From the NCBI GenBank assembly GCA_965197725.1, contig CBDANQ010000006.1, positions 1-12,640 of the forward strand: a DNA stretch of 12,640 nucleotides, read 5' to 3'. Of this stretch, positions 6,826 through 12,640 are shown piece after piece. Made by a program: the position numbers and the translations under genes. The stretch is from Longimicrobiales bacterium (GTDB lineage Bacteria; Gemmatimonadota; Gemmatimonadetes; Longimicrobiales; Gaopeijiaceae). Each line of letters begins with the position of its first letter. The first letter of the stretch is position 1. The notes under the pieces were generated by a model. That model saw nothing but the letters and a program-made list of their open reading frames with translations. It was not told where the DNA came from and made no database searches.

Positions 6826-7914
6826 TCAGTGCTGCGCTTCGCTCTCGCGGTCGCGGGCGGCCTGCAGGAACTCCTGGACCTTGATCGGCTGCCCGGTACG
6901 GCTGCTCTCGATGGCGGCGAAGATCAGCGCCACCGACTGCAGGTTGGCCTCCACGTTGGTCGCCATCGGCGGACCGCCGTCCAGCCAGTCCAGGAACTGG
7001 TCCAGCAGCCAGGTGTCCTTCCAGTACCGCTGCTCCAGCAGGGGGACCTCCTCGCCCTGCCCCTCGCGGCTCTGGTTCCTCGGGGAGTACGGGAAGCGCT
7101 CGATGCGGCGGTGATCCATGATCAGCGTCTCCTGCTCGCACTCCGCGCGAACGTACTCCCGCGTCCAGCCGTTGAAGCCGCAGGCGTTGGTCTTGGCGCC
7201 CTCGTAGATGGCGCGCGTGCCGTTCTCGAAGGTCATCATCACGTGGCCCTGCGAGCCGCTGCCGTACGCGCCCCAGGGCGGATTCCAGGTCTGCGCGTAG
7301 ATGGTGTCGCACCTGGAGCCGGCCAGATCGGCGACGATGTCCAGGTGATGGACCGATCCCTCGATCATCAGCGCCTCCTCCATGGTGTGGCGGAAACGGG
7401 CGCCCCAGTCGCCGAAGTTGCGCAGGCCGCAGGTGAAGCGGCACACCAGGTAGTCGATCGCGCCCGGCCGGCCGGAGCGCAGCTCGTTGCGCAGGGTGGT
7501 CTTGTCCTGGTCGAAGCGGTGGCTCATGGTCACGCCCATCTTCTTGCCGGCGCGCTGCACCTTGGCGGCGATGCGCACCGACGCGTCGAGGGTGTCGGCG
7601 ATCGGCTTCTCCGAGATGACGTGCATGTCGTGGGCGAGCGCCGCATCCACCACCGACTCGTGGAAGGCGGGTGGCACCACCACGGTGCAGATGTCGGCGG
7701 GATTCTCGTCGCAGGCGCGCTCCAGGTCGGTATAGCACCGCTCGGGCGGCAGCCCGAGATGGGTCTGCGCGTTGTGGTGCACGTCCGGGTCGATGTCCAC
7801 CGCCGCCACCACCTGCAGGCGGCCGCCGGCCACGTGCGGGGGAAGGAACCCGGAGCACCAGGGGACGCCGCGGCCGCCGGTGCCCACCTGAATCAGCCGA
7901 TAGGTGTTTGGCAT
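6826..7914 (-). CDS. Gfo/Idh/MocA family NAD(P)-dependent oxidoreductase
   Basis: 362 aa. Rossmann start LIQVGTGGRG, VPPAFH, HVISEKPIA and catalytic-type EGSVHHLD; strongly GC3-rich codons. Confidence 0.92.
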   Translation of the reverse strand: MPNTYRLIQVGTGGRGVPWCSGFLPPHVAGGRLQVVAAVDIDPDVHHNAQTHLGLPPERCYTDLERACDENPADICTVVVPPAFHESVVDAALAHDMHVISEKPIADTLDASVRIAAKVQRAGKKMGVTMSHRFDQDKTTLRNELRSGRPGAIDYLVCRFTCGLRNFGDWGARFRHTMEEALMIEGSVHHLDIVADLAGSRCDTIYAQTWNPPWGAYGSGSQGHVMMTFENGTRAIYEGAKTNACGFNGWTREYVRAECEQETLIMDHRRIERFPYSPRNQSREGQGEEVPLLEQRYWKDTWLLDQFLDWLDGGPPMATNVEANLQSVALIFAAIESSRTGQPIKVQEFLQAARDRESEAQH

Positions 7915-7925
7915 GTCCGGTCACG

Positions 7926-7954
7926 ACGCTAGGGACCGACGATACTCCTGTCAA
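7926..7954 (-). promoter_or_regulatory. Sigma70-type promoter for the oxidoreductase gene
   Basis: TTGACA (7954-7949), 17 nt spacer, TAGCGT (7931-7926); 11 nt from the -10 box to ATG 7914, with no SD in between. Confidence 0.6.
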
Positions 7955-8015
7955 TTCGGCGCGTGCGGCGAGCGATTCCCCATCCCCCGGCAGTGCAACG
8001 ATCAAGTCACCGGCC

Positions 8016-8024
8016 TGGTACGAT
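8016..8024 (+). promoter_or_regulatory. Possible extended -10 element upstream of the DUF262 gene
   Basis: TGGTACGAT matches TGnTAnnnT about 60 nt before ATG 8088; no convincing -35. Confidence 0.25.
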
Positions 8025-8087
8025 ACGTTCTGGCGCGCCATAGCGAACGAGACGACGCGCCACACGTAGCTTCCTGGAGGTGCCTCC

Positions 8088-9206
8088 ATGAGTTCCGCCA
8101 CCGGTTACGGAGGAAATCGTCGACGGTGAGGAACCCGTTGACGACCTCGATGAAACGCTTGAAGTAACTCCGTACGTCTACTCGATCACGGCCTACGGAG
8201 CAGACTACCCCGTCGATTCACTTGTGAAGCGAATCGACTCCGGCGACATCGTGGTTCCGCGCTTCAGTTGGCTGCCAGACGAGGGGCTCCGAGATCGTAG
8301 GCTTCCAGCGTGAATACGTATGGCCGCGACCAAAGTCCGATCGGTTTATCGAATCTCTTCTTCTTGGGCTACCGGTGCCCGGCATCTTCTTGGTACGGGA
8401 GCCATCCGGTCGCTTGTTGGTCCTCGACGGACATCAGCGCCTGCACACCCTCAAGTCGTTCTATGCAGGTGTGATTCATCGTCAAGAGTACCGGTTGGAT
8501 GGCGTGGAGGACCGCTTTCTGGGTAAGCGATATCGGGATCTCGACGTAGAGGACCGCCGTCGACTGGATGACAGCATCATCCATGCGACCGTGATTCGGC
8601 AGGACGAGCCAACCGAGGATCAGAGTAGCGTCTACATGATCTTTGAAAGGCTCAACACCGGCGGCGTGAATCTTCAGCCCCAAGAAATCAGAGTCGCACT
8701 CTACCACGGCGAATTGGTTCGTGTACTCAGGGAGCTCAACGAGCACCCCGCTGGCGACGTCTCTATGGCAAACCCTCTCGGCGCCTCAAGGACATGGAGA
8801 TGATTCTTCGGTTCTTCGCCTTCCATTACCATGCGGCGCGTACCGCAGTCCGATGAAGGAGTTCCTAAACCGCTACATGGCAAGCAACAAGGACTTGGCT
8901 CGTCAGTGTGAGGACGAGCTGGTGCGGATATTCACCGACACCGTGACGGTTCTCGATGAAGCCGTCGGTGCTCGCCTTTCGCCCCGTCAGGGCAGTGAAC
9001 GCGGCCGTGGTGGACTCCGTGATGACGGGACTCGCTCGCCGGATCAAAGCTGGGCCGGTCAGCGATTCGTCGCAGGTCGCTGAGGAGTACGCCTATTGAT
9101 GAAGAAAAAGAGCTATCGAGGCGCGATCGAGACTGGCACTTCACAGGAGTCCAACGTCGCAACACGGCTTGAGTTGGCAACAACAGCTTTCGCACACGTG
9201 AAATGA
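8088..9206 (+). pseudogene. DUF262 (GmrS/ParB-like) domain protein, multiply frameshifted
   Basis: GGAGG RBS then ATG 8088. Pieced across frames: YSITAYGADYPVDSLVKRI..GDIVVP, FQREYVW (8303-8323), FIESLLLGLPVPGIFL, DGHQRL (from 8426), IFERLNTGG..L..QEIR, RLKDMEMILRFFA, PMKEFLNRYM, NAAVVDSVM, TSQESNVATRL...AF*. Six frame changes are needed (about 8093, 8285, 8750, 8836, 8974, 9095). Confidence 0.8.
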
Positions 9207-9495
9207 CCGGACGAGCAGAGGTGACAGACGCGTCAACACGCTTGAGACCACGTTTTCCCGTGCACCGATCTCAAGGTGACGCTCGAGCTTCTCTCTGAGC
9301 TTCGCACGGTATCTGTGTGTCCTGGTTTCCGGCTCGTGAAGAACCGGCGACGAGAACTCCTTCTCAGAGCTCTCCGACCCGCGTCAAGTACCTGCGCCAC
9401 GTAGAGCGTAACGTTCGTCATCTCTCAAGGCGAGCGTCTGATAGATGTAATCGGTGATTTGGTCCCAGAATGGCGGTAAGCTGAAACGTTCATTG
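9203..9495 (+). pseudogene. Degraded, truncated gene resembling DUF262-associated HEPN-domain proteins
   Basis: ATG 9203 overlaps the DUF262 stop (ATGA). Fragments LETTFSRA, LELLS, FARYLCVLVSG (9301-9333) and ERLIDVIGDLVPEWR resemble the N-terminal half of HEPN partners of DUF262. The RxxxxH motif is not present. Confidence 0.5.
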
Positions 9496-9511
9496 TTCGA
9501 GTAGCGCGCGG

Positions 9512-9617
9512 CTCAACTCGATGCGCTCGCGTAGCGCCGGAGTCCCGCTCGGAACAGCCGCAGGTCCCTCGTCGCGAACAGGCCTCAACCGATGCGCGAG
9601 GAGTCCCGCTCGGAACA
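9512..9617. repeat. Imperfect direct duplication of the permease 3' end
   Basis: Exact 18-mer GGAGTCCCGCTCGGAACA at 9539-9556 and 9600-9617; each copy is preceded by CTCAAC(T)CGATGCGC (starting at 9512 and 9584). Confidence 0.85.
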
Positions 9618-10335
9618 CCACGCTCGCACGACCAGACAGCATCGGCATCGGCAGCGAGATCCCATCCAGCAGGACCTGCGCCGGCACCGTCGTGAGCACT
9701 CCCACCGGCACGACCCACGTCAGCAGCAGCTTCAGCCATCCCGGATAGAGGGCAACCGGGAATCGTGCCAATTGCACGACCGGTTTCAACAGCCACGTGA
9801 ACAGGAAGTCCGTCTTCCAGAACATCAAACTGGCCAGCGACAGGGTCAGGGAGTAGAGGATCGACACGCTCATGGTCACCGCGCAGATGAAGATGACGAT
9901 CTGCCAAGCGGACAGGTCACTCCCCAACGACGCCAGCGCACGTGCCACGACGACAGCACCGATGAGCACGTCCACCGCCACGAGGGGCGCCCAGTGTGCG
10001 ACGCTCACCAGCAACTGGGTGCTGCGCGGCCGCAACAGGTGGAAGTCCAGGACGCCGCTCACGATGTCGCCGTCGTATCCCGACAGCGCGCCGATGCTGG
10101 GACCGAGCACGATGTTGTGCAGCCCGGTGACGATGAAGAACACGCCGAGCACCACACCCGCGCTCGCTTCCGACCAGCCGTTGATCGTGTCCACGTTGCC
10201 GAAGATCACGGTCAGGCTCAGCACGCCCGTCGCGAACCGAACCCCGGTGCTCAGCAGTTCGATCCAGAACTGAGTGCGGTACGCGACCATCGACCGCACG
10301 GAATGCCCTGCGAAGCATGACAGCAGACGCAGCAC
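9513..10335 (-). CDS. ABC-2 family exporter permease (second subunit); 3' end disturbed by a duplication/frameshift
   Basis: Likely GTG start at 10335 with GGAGG at 10349-10345. AYRTQFW, INGWS, G.LDFHLLRP and ARFPVALYPGWLKLLLTWVVP are typical. The family-type ending FRAGLRRYASASS* (TGA 9515-9513) is out of frame by one base; as written the ORF runs to 9490. Confidence 0.8.
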
Positions 10336-10340
10336 GGTCG

Positions 10341-11126
10341 TCAGCCTCCGACGGCGGCATGGCGCCGCACGCCCAGCCGCCAGAGCGAATACGCCAGTCC
10401 ACCGGCCGCTGTCAGCCATACGAGCTGCAGGATCATCCCCCGCGTCAGAGCGTCCTCGTGCACCCTGCCCAGCAGGACCTCGATCGGGAATCCAAGCATG
10501 TATCGGAACGGCAGCCACTCCGCGGCGGTCCGCAACCCGCCGGGCAAGAGACCCGTGGGAGCGATCTGCCCCGCGAGCACGAACACCAGCGCGTCCTGCA
10601 TCAGTACGAGCGCATCGGACCTGGTGCTCCAGAACGCCGTCAGCGCCAGCCAGTAGCCCCACAGGAACCGAAGAGCCCAGGCGGCGAGCAGCGCGATCAC
10701 GAACAGGAACGGATCTCCCGGCAACCGGACATCCTCCGGCGACAGCACGAGCAGCAACAGACCGGCGACCGGAATCGCGAACGACAGGAAGACGACCTTG
10801 CCGGCGATCTCCGCGGCGGCGGTATCGACGATCGGCGCGATCGGCCGCAGGAGGAGCGTGTTCATGGTGCCGTCCCGTATCAGGTCCCCGACCGTCCAGT
10901 TGGTCTGCGCGAAGGTGAGCTGGTTGACCACGATCAGCACCAGGTAGTAGGCGACGAAGTCTCCCCGCGCATAGCCGCCGATCGCACCGAACGTGGCGGC
11001 GTTCGACCAGACGAAGAGGAATATCAAGGGTTGAGTCATCCACCCGAATGCCAGGAGGAAGAAGAACCCCTTGTATTGAAACCAGGTAGCCCAGGTATGG
11101 GCGATGAGTGCGAGTGCCGCCCTCAC
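10341..11126 (-). CDS. ABC-2 family exporter permease (first subunit)
   Basis: Hydrophobic protein of about 261 aa: IGGYARGDFVAYY, IRDGTMNTLLLRP, LAGQIAP..LLP, WLPFRYMLGFPIE, GVRRHAAVGG*. GTG 11126 gives a GTGA overlap with the ATPase stop; alternative start at 11132. Confidence 0.88.
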   Translation of the reverse strand: MRAALALIAHTWATWFQYKGFFFLLAFGWMTQPLIFLFVWSNAATFGAIGGYARGDFVAYYLVLIVVNQLTFAQTNWTVGDLIRDGTMNTLLLRPIAPIVDTAAAEIAGKVVFLSFAIPVAGLLLLVLSPEDVRLPGDPFLFVIALLAAWALRFLWGYWLALTAFWSTRSDALVLMQDALVFVLAGQIAPTGLLPGGLRTAAEWLPFRYMLGFPIEVLLGRVHEDALTRGMILQLVWLTAAGGLAYSLWRLGVRRHAAVGG

Positions 11127-12103
11127 GGGCACTCACCCCGACCGTACACGCGGTCGAGCACGTCCTCGATCGGCGGATCCTCGACCTTCAGGTCGGTCGG
11201 TCTCAATAGTTCGATGAGGGTGCCGGTAACGCGCGCCACCGACTCCCGTTCGACGCGCAGAGTCAGCTCCTGCTCGGTCGCTCGCAGCACCCGTGTCGAT
11301 GGGAGCCGCGGCCACGCTGCCGGCGGCGTCTGCGTCGTGACAGTCACCAGCTTGAACGGGGCGACCCAGGCGCTCAGCTCGTCGAGCGTACCGTCGAAGA
11401 CCAGACTGCCCTCGTTGATGAGCACCACTCTCCGGCAGAGCGCCTGCACGTCGGCCATGTAGTGGCTGGTGAGCAGCACGGTGACCCCATCCGCGTTCCG
11501 CTCCGCGATGAACTTCCGGAGTCTGCGCTGCATGGTTACGTCCAGACCCAGCGTCGGTTCGTCCAGGAACACGAGCCGAGGTTGATGCAGGAACGCCGCG
11601 ATCAGCTCGCACTTCATGCGCTCCCCCAGGGACAGCGTCCGCACCGGCTTCGCAAGCAGCCCGCCGGCATCGAGCAGGTCGATGAGCTCGGTGCTCGTCC
11701 TGCGAAACGCGTCGCGCGGCACCCGATAGATCTCACGCAGTACCTCGAACGAGTCGCGCGCCGGGATGTCCCACGTCAGTTGGCTCTTGTTGCCCAGCAC
11801 CATCGAGATCTGCCGCAGGTACTCCCTGCGCCGCTGCCATGGCGTGTATCCCAGCACCGACACCTCGCCGGTGGTCGGGAACAGAAGGCCGGCAAGGATC
11901 TTGAGCGTCGTGGTCTTGCCGGCCCCGTTGGGGCCGAGAACACCGAGCATCTCGCCCTCGCCGACGGTGAAGGACAGCCCCCGGACCGCCTCGACCACAT
12001 CGTGGGATCGACGGATCAGGCTGCCGAGAGCCGCGGCCAGACCGGGGCCGCGTACCGGAACGCGAAAGCGCTTGGTCAGCGCTCGAACATCGATCGCAGG
12101 CAC
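11123..12103 (-). CDS. ABC transporter ATP-binding protein
   Basis: Walker A GPNGAGKTT, signature LSLGERM, Walker B VFLDEPT, H-loop TSH. GTG 12103 is preceded by GAGGTGGAG; the ORF track uses 12118. Confidence 0.95.
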   Translation of the reverse strand: MPAIDVRALTKRFRVPVRGPGLAAALGSLIRRSHDVVEAVRGLSFTVGEGEMLGVLGPNGAGKTTTLKILAGLLFPTTGEVSVLGYTPWQRRREYLRQISMVLGNKSQLTWDIPARDSFEVLREIYRVPRDAFRRTSTELIDLLDAGGLLAKPVRTLSLGERMKCELIAAFLHQPRLVFLDEPTLGLDVTMQRRLRKFIAERNADGVTVLLTSHYMADVQALCRRVVLINEGSLVFDGTLDELSAWVAPFKLVTVTTQTPPAAWPRLPSTRVLRATEQELTLRVERESVARVTGTLIELLRPTDLKVEDPPIEDVLDRVYGRGECP

Positions 12104-12125
12104 CCTTCTCCACCTCACTCGCCGA

Positions 12126-12640
12126 TCAGTATCGACGTTGGGGTGCCAGTGGAGGGTTGCTAATTCCGGTTTGGTGCATCAGCCCCCCGATGGCGCTCAG
12201 AAGTCGCTCGGCCCGCACCCCGGCCTCTCGGAGCGAACTGAGCCAGCGATCGGTAGCCGAGTAGACGGTCTCGTCGCCGCGAGGCGCGTCGATCACCGTC
12301 GAAGGGGCCTCCCGGCCGCCGCGGTCCAGGTGGGTCATCATTCTCAGGATCGACATGGCGCTGTAGCGGGCACGCAGCAGCGTTCGGATCACCCTGAGCC
12401 GATCGATGTCCGCATGTGTGTATCTGCGATAGCCGTTTCCCGGATCCCTGCGCACCGCGATCAGGCCGTTGCGCTCCCAGTCACGCAGCGCCGCGGTGCT
12501 CGCGCCCACGCGCTCGGCAGCCGCCGAGATAGCGATGCCCGGCTCTTCCCCGGCGCTCGCCGGCGCGGATGCCCATCCGTCGAGCGATTCGGCCGCCCGG
12601 CGGGCCGTAGTTTCCTCCGCTGCGATGAGCGAACCGAACC
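12126..12640 (-). CDS. MerR-family transcriptional regulator, 5' end outside the window
   Basis: Frame open to the window edge. IAISAAAERVGASTAALRDWERNGLIAVRRDPGNGYRRYTHADIDRLRVIRTL is a MerR HTH located internally, consistent with the tandem-MerR type. Confidence 0.85.
   Translation of the reverse strand, partial: FGSLIAAEETTARRAAESLDGWASAPASAGEEPGIAISAAAERVGASTAALRDWERNGLIAVRRDPGNGYRRYTHADIDRLRVIRTLLRARYSAMSILRMMTHLDRGGREAPSTVIDAPRGDETVYSATDRWLSSLREAGVRAERLLSAIGGLMHQTGISNPPLAPQRRY

Noticed and set aside
6670..8101. 420-aa plus-strand and 440-aa minus-strand ORFs
   Set aside because: Shadows of the GC3-rich oxidoreductase gene; long stop-free alternative frames are expected at this GC content
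10336..11136. N-terminal half of the 548-aa ORF 9490..11136 as a fused or overlapping protein
   Set aside because: It overlaps the real first permease in another frame; permease-like sequence begins only at about 10335, where an RBS and GTG are present
9513..12640. MerR + ABC ATPase + two permeases as a novel system
   Set aside because: A common exporter operon layout with nothing unusual beyond the 3' duplication
1..12640. CRISPR array, tRNA/rRNA or integrase
   Set aside because: No regularly spaced repeats, RNA gene signatures or recombinase motifs were seen

Overview
High-GC bacterial window in which ordinary metabolic and transport genes are interleaved with a decaying anti-phage island. 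The ordinary genes are a GH32-like glycosidase, a Gfo/Idh/MocA oxidoreductase, and a MerR regulator with a three-gene ABC-2 exporter. The island core (minus strand, 1534-6363) is a BREX type 1-like pglX/brxX adenine methyltransferase gene split into two intact ORFs, with a Fic-domain gene nested between them and overlapping both. The C-terminal (target-recognition) half of PglX begins with an extra ~50 aa that carry a Fic-antitoxin-like motif (TQAREG = [S/T]xxxE[G/N]). This suggests a Fic toxin held in check by an antitoxin fused to the BREX specificity subunit, a possible guard or addiction module. The rest of BREX is reduced to remnants: only the brxC 3' tip remains, pglZ is absent, and brxL has two large deletions. 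A divergent DUF262 + probable HEPN gene pair (8088-9495) is heavily frameshifted, which could be real decay or consensus error. All family calls come from motif recognition by eye; no searches were run.
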